From positions 72,910-136,909 of IMG/VR virus record IMGVR_UViG_3300027852_000032: DNA of 64,000 nucleotides; one strand, given 5' to 3'. The first letter of the stretch is position 1, and every line of letters begins with the position of its first letter. Of this stretch, positions 19,218 through 28,794 are shown in pieces. Below the pieces are notes generated by a model, which was not told where the DNA came from, searched no databases, and saw only the letters and a program-made list of their open reading frames with translations. This DNA is from a virus (taxonomy: Duplodnaviria; Caudoviricetes). The translations under genes and the position numbers were made by a program.

Positions 19218-20954
19218 TTACTCTTTAACTGACCCTTCCATTGCCGTGATCATACTCGGCATGTCTGGGACACCTTTTCCCTCTTCAGTTCTTTCATTTC
19301 TTTTAAAAGACTGATTTGAAAGGTTGCCTCCTCTTCCTAAATAATCAAGTACAGGAGCGACAGGGGAATTCATTCCCGCCAGATTGACCAACTGTTCCAA
19401 TTCAGTAATTTCTTTGGCTGCTAACTGATCTTTAGTAAAAGGGCAGGCCTCGTTTTTTGTTAGTACCCCTATCAAATCCTCTTTCTTTCTGTTTCTCATT
19501 ATCAGCCCTTCCCGGAGCATCTCTCCAATCTCCACGGGAGCATTTGCAATAAAATTTTCGGCAGAATTTTCGGCAGAATTTCCGGCATTACCATTGGTAT
19601 TATCATCAGCGTTTGTAGTATCAAGGTTTTTGTCGCCTTTTGTCCCGGTTTTCTGATTGGCCTCAAGATCGGCAATTGTTTTCTGAAAACTGGCAGTAGT
19701 TCTTTCATTAATTTTTGAAACGGTATCAAAAGTTGAATCATCAAGGCCGATCAGAAATTCACGGTCGGTTTCCTGGAAAGTTGATCCCTCATTGGAAATC
19801 AAAGCATCAATTTTTTCTTTTTTCTTATTCATCGTTGGTGTACCCCCTTCATTTGTTTTTTGTTTACTTGATTGTTTACTTGATTGTTTATTTGCTTCTT
19901 TATTTGCAGCGGCTACAAATTGCCTTTGTTCCCGGACTTCAGAAGGTGACCCCTTTGGAACTGCAACCTCATCTTTTATCTCAAAGTTCTGTTTGAATAA
20001 TTTGGTACCTTGCCCTTCTCCCCTCGCCTCATAAACGAAGTAATTCTCCTCCGTATAAACCGCAACTATATAGTGATAAGTTCCTGACTGAGGTTGTCCC
20101 TGAGTATCAAGCTGATCAACTTTAAGCTGCAATTGATCCCTTATCTCTCTATCGGAAACCCCATTATCAGTCAGCCGATTGCCAAAGAAACTTGCCAAAC
20201 TGGCAAGGCGTCGTGTTACCCAACTTTTCTTGGCTGGATCACCAAGACAGGTAATGAGGTCCTCCCCTGTTTTTTTCGCATCCTCTATTGTCAAAATTTT
20301 CGGCATCGCTCCCTCTCCCCCTTTATTTTCTTTTTGTTGTTCTTTTTTATTGAGTCTAACTCCGCAACCATCTTCCCAACTGCAAGCACCTTGTTGCCCC
20401 GGCAATAACGCTAAATGATCAGGAACAATATGTCTTACAACCCCTTCATAATTCTCTTCTTGCCATACACCTGAAGAATCATCATCATCTGAATAGAGAC
20501 CTGTTGAAACGTCCATATTAATATTACCCGATTGCAAATCACTAATTATTCCCTCATGGATTTTCTCTGCTTTCTGGATATCTATCCATGCTTCCGCCCT
20601 CAACCTCCCTTGGTCATCAACTGTAGTATTATATATTCTTCCGGCGTTATACCTTTCAATTATTTCAGGAGAATTACAAGAAACAGGGTCACCATTATCA
20701 TCTGTAGGGTGAATGATAGGGACAGGCATCCCATTCCATGCTTGATAATTAGCGGAGAACTCTTCTTTGAGGTAAAGTTTCGGTCCGTCTGATCCACTAT
20801 GGACACCTTCCACCATCATAATAACAGGGACGACCAAATGATTGCGACCTTCGTGAATTTCCGTTCTTGAAACAGCGCTACTCACTTTAAATTTGATTCC
20901 ATGTATTTTCATCTTCACCCTCTTTATTACACTTGCACAGGAATTGCTACGCAC
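19218..20954 (-). CDS. Prohead protease (DUF2213-like) with scaffold extension
   Basis: VEGV, HP, DVSTG, PDHLALLP..GACSW.DGCG motifs; long charged C-terminal region. Confidence 0.85.
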   Translation of the reverse strand: MRSNSCASVIKRVKMKIHGIKFKVSSAVSRTEIHEGRNHLVVPVIMMVEGVHSGSDGPKLYLKEEFSANYQAWNGMPVPIIHPTDDNGDPVSCNSPEIIERYNAGRIYNTTVDDQGRLRAEAWIDIQKAEKIHEGIISDLQSGNINMDVSTGLYSDDDDSSGVWQEENYEGVVRHIVPDHLALLPGQQGACSWEDGCGVRLNKKEQQKENKGGEGAMPKILTIEDAKKTGEDLITCLGDPAKKSWVTRRLASLASFFGNRLTDNGVSDREIRDQLQLKVDQLDTQGQPQSGTYHYIVAVYTEENYFVYEARGEGQGTKLFKQNFEIKDEVAVPKGSPSEVREQRQFVAAANKEANKQSSKQSSKQKTNEGGTPTMNKKKEKIDALISNEGSTFQETDREFLIGLDDSTFDTVSKINERTTASFQKTIADLEANQKTGTKGDKNLDTTNADDNTNGNAGNSAENSAENFIANAPVEIGEMLREGLIMRNRKKEDLIGVLTKNEACPFTKDQLAAKEITELEQLVNLAGMNSPVAPVLDYLGRGGNLSNQSFKRNERTEEGKGVPDMPSMITAMEGSVKE

Positions 20955-21907
20955 CTACAATTTGGATGGCGAGGAATCATTCCCTCTATCTCTTCAAGCG
21001 TAAAAGTTTGCCCTGCAAGACCTGCACAAATTGGACAAACGTTAAATCCCGCGGTTCCCCATTCAACTTTGACCTTGACTCCTTGTACACCCCATTGCCT
21101 AAATTCGTTTATATTTGCTACATGATGGGCACGAATAACTTCTGTTCTTGCCATTGTTTTCGCCCTATTTATTGCTCTCATCCCGCTTGCCGCTTCTGTT
21201 CCATTCTCCTCAAAAACATCGCTTAAAGTTCGGGCGATAACTAAAGGGCTTTTTCCTTCCATCAATCCTTGCGATAGAATTCTACTGATTTGTTGATCCA
21301 TTATTTGATCAATGCCCTTTAGCTCGCTAAAAGTCCGAGTATATAATACCCCTATTCTATCAGCATGCATTGGTTGATTCATCACAGCTGAGATGGCAAG
21401 GTTATCATCTGGTTCCAGCGCAGGAATAGAGGAGTCATTTTTCCTTAATTCTTGCCTACCCCTAAGTATTCCTTTTTGATAAGCTGCATGAACCCATATA
21501 TCTGTCCATGCTTCTTCAAAACCCCGTAATGCTCCCGGCCTTCTGGTTATTTCTAAAACCCCTCTTTCTTCTTGTTCATTCAACCAATCCATAAACTTTT
21601 CGATTTTGGTTGAGGTACGGGGGAAAGCGAATTGATCTGGCTCTGCTAAAACAGGGTCAGATAATGTTAAGATTCGGCTCCTAAAAGGGGTTTCTTCTGT
21701 TAACCCAAAACAATCATTATCAACTATACTCACCTTTATGGCGGTTCTTAGTTTTTTGAATCGTGAAGAACAAGCTCGAGCAAAACCGTTTCTTATTTGG
21801 GTCGTTTTAGTAGGGTCTCTTCTAAACGCAAGATTCAAAAAAGGATGTTTTCTTTCTACCCCTTCATTTAAGTTTACGACTTGTCGGGAACAATTACAAG
21901 AACTCAT
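20927..21907 (-). CDS. Head morphogenesis protein (Mu gpF / SPP1 gp7 family)
   Basis: RAKTMARTE, VCPIC, IPRHPNCRC. Confidence 0.92.
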   Translation of the reverse strand: MSSCNCSRQVVNLNEGVERKHPFLNLAFRRDPTKTTQIRNGFARACSSRFKKLRTAIKVSIVDNDCFGLTEETPFRSRILTLSDPVLAEPDQFAFPRTSTKIEKFMDWLNEQEERGVLEITRRPGALRGFEEAWTDIWVHAAYQKGILRGRQELRKNDSSIPALEPDDNLAISAVMNQPMHADRIGVLYTRTFSELKGIDQIMDQQISRILSQGLMEGKSPLVIARTLSDVFEENGTEAASGMRAINRAKTMARTEVIRAHHVANINEFRQWGVQGVKVKVEWGTAGFNVCPICAGLAGQTFTLEEIEGMIPRHPNCRCVAIPVQV

Positions 21908-21909
21908 TA

Positions 21910-23376
21910 TTACCCCTCTCCCCCAGGAATAGGGGCCATAGGGATTTGTGTTTGCCTCAATCTTTGCTCCCTTATCAACTCCTCTTCCTCTTTAATTGAT
22001 AGCTCATCGATATAGCCTTCCAGTATTGTTTCAATTTCCTGAATTCTATCATCATCATACTCAAGGAAATCACGTAAAAAGATTTCAGGAGGAATAATCT
22101 CATCAGCTCCTTGAGCATTCACATATTTCGATAGCGCATCCGTTTTTTTAACCGCCGTTTCTGCTCTATCTTTTTCCCCAGGGGTAAATAGACTCGGCCA
22201 AGTAATACTATATCCTTCCTCGCTCGGGGGAGTCAGTACCCCTACATCTATCAACTTATCAACAAACCTTCGTAAAATCATAGGCTCGGCATAATTTTCC
22301 CTTCTTTCATCAACTCTTGAGTTCCAATTAGTCTCATCTTGACTACTGGCTAACTCCCCTCTTTCTGACCCCTCTAAAATTCTTTTTGGGATACCTGTTG
22401 TTGCAGAGATCAAAGTTAATTGGACATCCACATGATCTTTTGGGGAAGAGACTTGAGGGGAAAGGGTCTGGACATCTAAACCCTGAGTCCTTATGAACCT
22501 CTGTAGCCCATGCACATAACTATCAATTTGATTTTTTAAATCATCTGTATCGACTGTTTCAACATCCGCCTCAGAATCGATCTTGAAGTTAAAACCGGGC
22601 AACGCTCCCCTCCAAAACATTTCCCCTGAACCACCGGCCACTGTTTCAAGATCCTGAAGCCGATTAAGGATAGCCTCTAATCTTGGGGTACCATATACAT
22701 CGTTTTCATCTGTATCTTCGGCAAGATGAAGAATTCTCGAATGATGGACATTAATCGTTTGGGTACCTGTCCTTTTAAAGTTACGCATCGTGACCTGGTA
22801 TATGTCAGGAAGCCCGTATCTTTCTGACTGGGGGTTAACGTCCCATGCCTGGATTCTAACGTACTTCTCGGAGTAAGGCATTAAGAATAATAATTTCCGT
22901 TCCGCTCCTTGTGTCGGGGCAATAACTTCCTCTGATAAGTTCTCCGCTCCATCATTCAGCCCTAATAGCAAAATACCGAACCTTCCTATCCCAGATATTC
23001 TGTCCGCTCTCGAAAGATAATGATAAATATGCTTATCTTTTACCAATAAAGCCCATTCTTTTTCGAACGGAGTATCTATTTTTTTCACGTCTCCTTTTAA
23101 TTCTGAGAGGGTAGGTTGTAGCCTCCATGTTGCGTCAACAGGCGCCTTTATGATTCTTTTTCCAATATCCCCCCTTTTATACCTTACCCAATAATCATCA
23201 AAAACAGGATTTTTAATGTAGCCCAAAGCATTGTAGATGTCTCGTTTGGCTGTTCCTGTTCTTTCACTATACCATGATCTTCCTAAACGATCAGAAAAAG
23301 CTCTGCCAAGAAGTTCATTAACAGCGTTGTTGATCATTCTCGAATTTTTAAAATCTATCTTTTTTGTATCAGCCAT
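21910..23376 (-). CDS. Portal protein (DUF1073-like)
   Basis: 488 aa after terminase; RYGLPDIY, VHHSRILH, ATTGIPKRIL.G. Confidence 0.88.
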   Translation of the reverse strand: MADTKKIDFKNSRMINNAVNELLGRAFSDRLGRSWYSERTGTAKRDIYNALGYIKNPVFDDYWVRYKRGDIGKRIIKAPVDATWRLQPTLSELKGDVKKIDTPFEKEWALLVKDKHIYHYLSRADRISGIGRFGILLLGLNDGAENLSEEVIAPTQGAERKLLFLMPYSEKYVRIQAWDVNPQSERYGLPDIYQVTMRNFKRTGTQTINVHHSRILHLAEDTDENDVYGTPRLEAILNRLQDLETVAGGSGEMFWRGALPGFNFKIDSEADVETVDTDDLKNQIDSYVHGLQRFIRTQGLDVQTLSPQVSSPKDHVDVQLTLISATTGIPKRILEGSERGELASSQDETNWNSRVDERRENYAEPMILRRFVDKLIDVGVLTPPSEEGYSITWPSLFTPGEKDRAETAVKKTDALSKYVNAQGADEIIPPEIFLRDFLEYDDDRIQEIETILEGYIDELSIKEEEELIREQRLRQTQIPMAPIPGGEG

Positions 23377-23382
23377 AATCTT

Positions 23383-24903
23383 TTACCAAGTCCCCGCTCT
23401 CTTTTTCTTCCCTTTTACATTTAGATAATTAAAAGCGCCAGAAGCACTATCCCATTGATCCTGAAAAGCTCCCGCTGGTGCGATTTCATGTTCATCAATA
23501 AATGCTTGTGTCCACTCTCCTATAACGACTTCTACTAATTTGTTCTCAATAAAAGATTGATAAGGCTCCGATCTGCTGATTTTATTTGTTGTTGCGGGAT
23601 CTCTTTTAGCTACATGCCCAATCAAGCCTCTAACTGTATTTTCCGCACTCTCTTTTCCTCCTGACCCACCTTCTTGCTCCACTACTACATGAACCCTCAA
23701 GTCCTTCCACCTTTGATCATCAAGTTCAGCTGTTTGTTTGATAATGTTTTCCCTCTTTCCTGCTGACCATTGACCCTTTCGACAGTCACAAATTCTAACA
23801 CAACCTGATTTCATCTTCACCATCAATGTTCCCGCGGTTCTTTTACCCCCTCCTTCCGTTCCCGCTTTATCCCAATATCTGACGGCTTTCGTTATCAAGT
23901 TACGGTGGGGGATCTCATTAACTAATTGAAAATGATCAATCTTAAATATGTTTCCCCCTCTGGAGGCCGGTCTTTGTTGTAATTGCCCGGCCTGGGCATG
24001 TTTTGTCATTTCTGACTCTAAAGTGCTAAGTGCTTTATCATGATATAGCCCCGGCCACAGGGGGTCGTTATCTTCTTTTCTCCAATCTTTTTTTAATAGA
24101 GGTGTACTAACGGGTGTTGGATGGGACTTCTCAAACCTTGCGGGCAAACATAGATGAACATAATCTATATCTTTCGCCAGTACATGCCCTGATAAATCCC
24201 TTTCGTGTATTCTTTGCATCACAATAACCTTCGCAGATTTTTCAGGATGATTAACTCGGGTACTCATGGACTCATCCCACCAACGCAAAGTCATCAACCT
24301 ATCTAACTCGCTTTCCCCTTTAATAACATTATGGGGATCATCAACGGTAATTCTATCTCCTCCTTCTCCTGTGCCTACACCTCTAATTGAAGTAGATAAA
24401 CGATAACCATGATTATCATTCTCAAACCTTGTCTTTTGATTTTGATCCCCTGCTATCTTAAAACGATGCCCCCATCTACTTTGGTACCAAGTTGACTGGA
24501 TCAACCTTCTACACTTGAGGGAATCTCGTGTAGAAAGAGTTTCTGCGTAAGATGAACAAAGCCACCGAGTATGGGGCATATTCATTGGTCCCCATTCCCA
24601 AGTCGGCCACATTACACTCACTAAAAGGGACTTCATATGTCGAGGGGGAAGGTTAATAAGTAAACGGGTAATTTGCCCTTTTGTGACAGCCTCTAAATGT
24701 TCACAAAGACAATCAATATGATACCCATCAATAAAAGGCGTATTGGGCTCGAGTATTTCCCAAGCTTGTTTAGTGTAATGTTTTAACCGTTTTTCCGCCA
24801 GGAGCATATCCGCTCCCATCCCCTGCATTATCAACTCCTTTATCAACTCCGTCTCTGTCACTTGTGGGATCAACTGCCTTTCGCATGATTCTTGATAACG
24901 CAA
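23383..24903 (-). CDS. terL: Terminase large subunit
   Basis: LLINLPPRHMKS Walker A, GEGGD.ITVDDPH Walker B, MQR.H..D, QQRP, nuclease YWDKA and DQWD. Confidence 0.95.
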   Translation of the reverse strand: MRYQESCERQLIPQVTETELIKELIMQGMGADMLLAEKRLKHYTKQAWEILEPNTPFIDGYHIDCLCEHLEAVTKGQITRLLINLPPRHMKSLLVSVMWPTWEWGPMNMPHTRWLCSSYAETLSTRDSLKCRRLIQSTWYQSRWGHRFKIAGDQNQKTRFENDNHGYRLSTSIRGVGTGEGGDRITVDDPHNVIKGESELDRLMTLRWWDESMSTRVNHPEKSAKVIVMQRIHERDLSGHVLAKDIDYVHLCLPARFEKSHPTPVSTPLLKKDWRKEDNDPLWPGLYHDKALSTLESEMTKHAQAGQLQQRPASRGGNIFKIDHFQLVNEIPHRNLITKAVRYWDKAGTEGGGKRTAGTLMVKMKSGCVRICDCRKGQWSAGKRENIIKQTAELDDQRWKDLRVHVVVEQEGGSGGKESAENTVRGLIGHVAKRDPATTNKISRSEPYQSFIENKLVEVVIGEWTQAFIDEHEIAPAGAFQDQWDSASGAFNYLNVKGKKKRAGTW

Positions 24904-25591
24904 TTAAATCCTCCTCTGAAAGATTCTGCAGTTTAGCTTTTCTTTCTCGTAACTCATAAATAAGGGGATCAGTAAAACCTGATCTCTCTTGGAACATACC
25001 TAAATGTTTTCCAAGACTCATCAATGCTGATTGTTTTCCGTCATGATGTACTTTTTTCAACCGCCCTTTATTTGCTTTCCCATCATGAAAATCAACACCT
25101 GTTATAGCTGCCGCTTCCCGCCTTGTTAATGATGATATATTTTTTAAAACTCCATTTGGAAGATATAAATCTTTAATATTGAAAAAAGCAATTGATGCAA
25201 TTTCTTGTAATACTCTTTCTTGGGATATTTCTAATCTTCTTGCTCGCTTGTATTGAAGATAAGATATTCTTTCAAGGACCTCTGGTTTTGCCATCAACCC
25301 ATAAATATAAGATGAAGCTGTTCCTTTTTTATACCCTGCTCTTTCCCCCGCATCTTTTATACACAAATCTATCAAATACTCTTGGCAAAACCTTTCTGTC
25401 TTCCCTGTTGTCAATGGTTTACTTCCCGGGATTTCCTTAGAGTTTTTCTTGCTATTATTATTATTATCTCTATAGTACCATTCACTTCTCAAACGGGTAA
25501 ATTTTTTTATCTTTTTATCATCAACTTTTTTTATCTTTTTTTTGTCTCCTTTATTTCTCTTATGTGTATATTTATTTGTTCGTTTCATCAT
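24770..25591 (-). CDS. terS: Terminase small subunit
   Basis: FCQEYLIDL...AG.RAGY HTH, RVLQEIASIAF, K..AL..LGKHLGMF. Confidence 0.88.
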   Translation of the reverse strand: MMKRTNKYTHKRNKGDKKKIKKVDDKKIKKFTRLRSEWYYRDNNNNSKKNSKEIPGSKPLTTGKTERFCQEYLIDLCIKDAGERAGYKKGTASSYIYGLMAKPEVLERISYLQYKRARRLEISQERVLQEIASIAFFNIKDLYLPNGVLKNISSLTRREAAAITGVDFHDGKANKGRLKKVHHDGKQSALMSLGKHLGMFQERSGFTDPLIYELRERKAKLQNLSEEDLIALSRIMRKAVDPTSDRDGVDKGVDNAGDGSGYAPGGKTVKTLH

Positions 25592-25640
25592 AACATCTAC
25601 TATCGCCCTTTTATCTATTTTGTTCTGTCTATTTTTTGTT

Positions 25641-25706
25641 TATCCTCGTTAAATAATTTTTCGTACTATAATAGATAAATATAATAAGAATTATTTAACG
25701 GGGATA
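25641..25706. promoter_or_regulatory. 18-bp inverted repeat (17/18) flanking an AT-rich core upstream of terS
   Basis: TATCCTCGTTAAATAATT (25641-25658) and AATTATTTAACGGGGATA (25689-25706). Confidence 0.6.
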
Positions 25707-25810
25707 GTTTTTTACCTCTTTTGACAGAGTTTTTTTTATCGGGTAACATTCAAGTAATATTTCTCAGTATACCCCGGGACTTTAAATAATAAAAGGGTTT
25801 TTTTATTTTG

Positions 25811-26473
25811 TTATTTTATTGGTTTATCTATTGGTTTATCTATTGGTTTATCTATTGGTTTATCTATTGGTTTATCTATTCTCGAGACTCCTTTATCTAT
25901 TTTAACCTGAAAAATCTTATCTCCTCCTTTGATAAGTGATGCTGAATGGGTAACAAGAATAATTTGGAGGTTTAATTTTTCAGATATTTCTTTCAGCATT
26001 ATACTTGCTTTTTCCTGATACTCTTGGCTAACGAATCTAAAAGGCTCATCAAGTATCAAGGTGTTTCTTGCCTTTGGTTGCGATAACGACCAAATGGTTA
26101 TTCTTAATGCCATTGCCGCAATATCAATCGCGCCTCCCCCTGAGCTTAAAAGGGGGTCAAATGTTTCTCCTCTTCTTTCGAATAATAATTTGCATTCTGT
26201 TTTCCCTCTTTTTGTTATAAAATTAGATTTAAATTTATAGGGGTCATCAAACACTGCTGTCAAAGCTAAACTAACAATTTCAGATACCCTGTACTCTAAC
26301 TCCTTTTGTGTTTTTTGAGCAACGAGCTGGACAATTAATTGCGCTTGCTCTGTATCAATAATTTCGTTCTCAATCATTTCATGTTTTTCTTGAGCAATCT
26401 TCAAATCGTTTTGAATTTGGATTCTCATCCCTTTTTTTTGTTCGATTTTTTGACGGTATTGGCTCAAGTCCAT
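25811..26473 (-). CDS. SbcC/Rad50-like ATPase, C-terminal half
   Basis: Coiled coil, signature-like LSSGGG, Walker B LILDEPF, H-switch IILVTH; DKPI repeats at C-terminus. Confidence 0.85.
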   Translation of the reverse strand: MDLSQYRQKIEQKKGMRIQIQNDLKIAQEKHEMIENEIIDTEQAQLIVQLVAQKTQKELEYRVSEIVSLALTAVFDDPYKFKSNFITKRGKTECKLLFERRGETFDPLLSSGGGAIDIAAMALRITIWSLSQPKARNTLILDEPFRFVSQEYQEKASIMLKEISEKLNLQIILVTHSASLIKGGDKIFQVKIDKGVSRIDKPIDKPIDKPIDKPIDKPIK

Positions 26474-26706
26474 TCAAATTTCTCCTCTAAAGATTTTACC
26501 CCTTTCTCAAGCTCAGATTCTTTTTTATCTAAATCTTTGCTCATCTTTTTTAATTTCTCTTCAGCTTCCTTAAGAGTGTTACATTTAAACTCTTTTTTCA
26601 AAGCCTCATATAACTGATCTTTTCTTCCTTTGAGTCTATCAATATCAGTTTTGGCGGTATCAATTCTTTCTTTCATACTCAAAAGTTTTTTAGATATATC
26701 ACTCAT
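26464..26706 (-). CDS. Small coiled-coil protein
   Basis: 80 aa, K/E/L heptads, overlaps next gene. Confidence 0.7.
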   Translation of the reverse strand: MSDISKKLLSMKERIDTAKTDIDRLKGRKDQLYEALKKEFKCNTLKEAEEKLKKMSKDLDKKESELEKGVKSLEEKFEWT

Positions 26707-26731
26707 TTATCCCTCTCTTTTATTTTCTACG

Positions 26732-27118
26732 TTACGCTAAACTTTTAAAAATTTCTTGGAAGGTTTTCTTTCTTTTTTCTTTGTCCTCAATTACAGGGTG
26801 GGTGAGCATTTCATCTGTTGCGTCTTTCCATTGTCTTAACCCTCTTTCATCATCTACACAAATAATATTGATCGTTACTACCCCTATATCGAAATAAAAC
26901 CCTGTATAATTCCCTTCTCTCATCTTTTCGTTTTGATATATTGGAATATCATGGGACTCCAATATATCTGATATGGTCTTTGCATCTGTAAATAACATAA
27001 CTATATCTACATCACTGCTTGCCGTGACCGGTCCATATACCTGAGTTCCTGTAAGAGCAAACTTTATTTGCTCGGACTGTTTTTTTATCTTTTTTTTCAT
27101 TCTTTTCATAACCTCCAT
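26732..27118 (-). CDS. Minimal nucleotidyltransferase-like protein (Pol beta superfamily)
   Basis: hhhGT..YG.....SDVDIV resembles the GS-x-DxD motif. Confidence 0.6.
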   Translation of the reverse strand: MEVMKRMKKKIKKQSEQIKFALTGTQVYGPVTASSDVDIVMLFTDAKTISDILESHDIPIYQNEKMREGNYTGFYFDIGVVTINIICVDDERGLRQWKDATDEMLTHPVIEDKEKRKKTFQEIFKSLA

Positions 27119-27303
27119 TTATATTTACAATAACAAGCGACAATTACAAGGATGATTCTTTTTATACCTCTGTTATTCGTTTTCCTCAATCTCCTTTTTT
27201 CTAAACTGACACGAATTACATTCCCATATCCCGTCATATAGCTCAATGCTTCCCCCACATTCACAGGGGTAACTCTCTCGTTCATTTTCAGGAATTTCAT
27301 CAA
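27106..27303 (-). CDS. Hypothetical protein
   Basis: 65 aa ORF in operon spacing. Confidence 0.35.
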   Translation of the reverse strand: MMKFLKMNERVTPVNVGEALSYMTGYGNVIRVSLEKRRLRKTNNRGIKRIILVIVACYCKYKWRL

Positions 27304-27312
27304 AAGACATAA

Positions 27313-27642
27313 TTATCTCCTTTTGCCCGATCTTTCAGTGGCTGTATTACCCCCCATAACAATTAATTCAACAGAGACGTTTTTTATCTGTCCATCGGGC
27401 ATTTCAACAATCGCTGTTGAGAAGTTTCCAACTCCTTCCGGTAACTCTTCGTAAGCACAGCCGAACGCTCGAAAAATTCCCTCTCCAATTGCCACTTTAC
27501 TAAGTGACCCGCCACCCGCACCCCTTATATATTTATATTCGTGAACAACAACTTTTCTTCCTTTCATTTTAGTTTTCTCCTGTTTACCAATCGCTGTCAC
27601 AATCCGTCTTGTCACAATCTTGTATATAAACCCGTATACCAC
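27313..27642 (-). CDS. Hypothetical protein (probable start at MKG, ~27567)
   Basis: GEGIFRAFG..YEE...G.GNFSTAIVE.PDG motif; RBS CAGGAG. Confidence 0.65.
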   Translation of the reverse strand: MVYGFIYKIVTRRIVTAIGKQEKTKMKGRKVVVHEYKYIRGAGGGSLSKVAIGEGIFRAFGCAYEELPEGVGNFSTAIVEMPDGQIKNVSVELIVMGGNTATERSGKRR

Positions 27643-27895
27643 AATATGCTTTAACGACCCTGTGACAGTGTAGACATCTGAAATTCTTTACCCCTGCGCC
27701 ATAGGCTGTTGTATGTCCGTACACTACTTCTGGTACAAAGTGTTCTTTCCCACAATATGGGCATCTCATTTTCTTTCCTTTAACTTTGTTATAGTTTGGA
27801 TAAGTCTCTTGTTTTTTGTATTGTGGATTGAAGTTGCTCTGCTTTTTTCTATTGGCAGCCCTTTTAACTAACCTTAACATTCTACCGCTTCCCAT
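27584..27895 (-). CDS. Zinc-ribbon hypothetical protein
   Basis: CPYC ... CLHC. Confidence 0.55.
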   Translation of the reverse strand: MGSGRMLRLVKRAANRKKQSNFNPQYKKQETYPNYNKVKGKKMRCPYCGKEHFVPEVVYGHTTAYGAGVKNFRCLHCHRVVKAYCGIRVYIQDCDKTDCDSDW

Positions 27896-28794
27896 ATTTT
27901 ATTCTGAACTGCTTTTTTTGTTCGGTTTACTTTAAAGTATTCCTCAAGGTTTTTCTCAAAAGATAACTCGATTTCAAAATCATCTTTTATTCGGGTTACA
28001 AACTTATCCATCCTAATATCCCTTTGCTTTTTATCCTCAAGATGGGTTCGAGTTATAACCTTCTTTTTAACCGGTAAATGAACAAATTCAATCTTATTGG
28101 TATTAGAAAACCATTTATATACTCGAGGGAGATAATCAATTTGAGCCGCCGTCATTCTCATCATGGAGCCAGCATTAACCAGTAATCTCCCTTCGTACTC
28201 GGCCACAAAAGGGTTATGGTTGTCTCCTGTTACTATGAGTTCATATTGTGGAAATTTTTTTAATAACTGGTTTCCTTTTGGAGCTTGTTGCCCCGGCCAT
28301 AAGGGTTTTTTTTCAATCACCATTTGATGAACCATTGCAATCTTGGGATACGAGCAATTATCATCTTCTGGTTTTTGTACCTGTACCCCATACGGGAAAG
28401 GGTACAGGTCGAATTCCCCGTTAACCGTTCTTTTTTCATTAGCTATCGATATCAAACCACCGGCATTAAGAACCCCGCATCCACTTTTTTCCACATATTT
28501 CAATCTATGTTCAGGCAAGTCATGTTGCCCGGGAATTACTATTATTTCTACATTATTTTTGCTTATCACATTTATTGTTTTTTCCAGCAACCAGTTAGGC
28601 CACTGACTTTTGTCCCCTACGTCTCCGGCGACCAATAAAGGGCAATTGTTTTCCTCGCATAAACCAAGGATGAAATCAAGTTTTCGAAATTGCGCTGATA
28701 AATAATCGTCCGTTCTGCATAAAGGGGTATCAGCCCGAAGATGCAAATCTGCAGCAAGAATGGCCGATGCTTTTTCTTTCTTTTTCCTTTTCAT
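27874..28794 (-). CDS. SbcD/Mre11-like metallophosphoesterase nuclease
   Basis: ADLH, AGDVGD, PGQHD, VH, TGDNH, NAGS motifs. Confidence 0.9.
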   Translation of the reverse strand: MKRKKKEKASAILAADLHLRADTPLCRTDDYLSAQFRKLDFILGLCEENNCPLLVAGDVGDKSQWPNWLLEKTINVISKNNVEIIVIPGQHDLPEHRLKYVEKSGCGVLNAGGLISIANEKRTVNGEFDLYPFPYGVQVQKPEDDNCSYPKIAMVHQMVIEKKPLWPGQQAPKGNQLLKKFPQYELIVTGDNHNPFVAEYEGRLLVNAGSMMRMTAAQIDYLPRVYKWFSNTNKIEFVHLPVKKKVITRTHLEDKKQRDIRMDKFVTRIKDDFEIELSFEKNLEEYFKVNRTKKAVQNKIWEAVEC

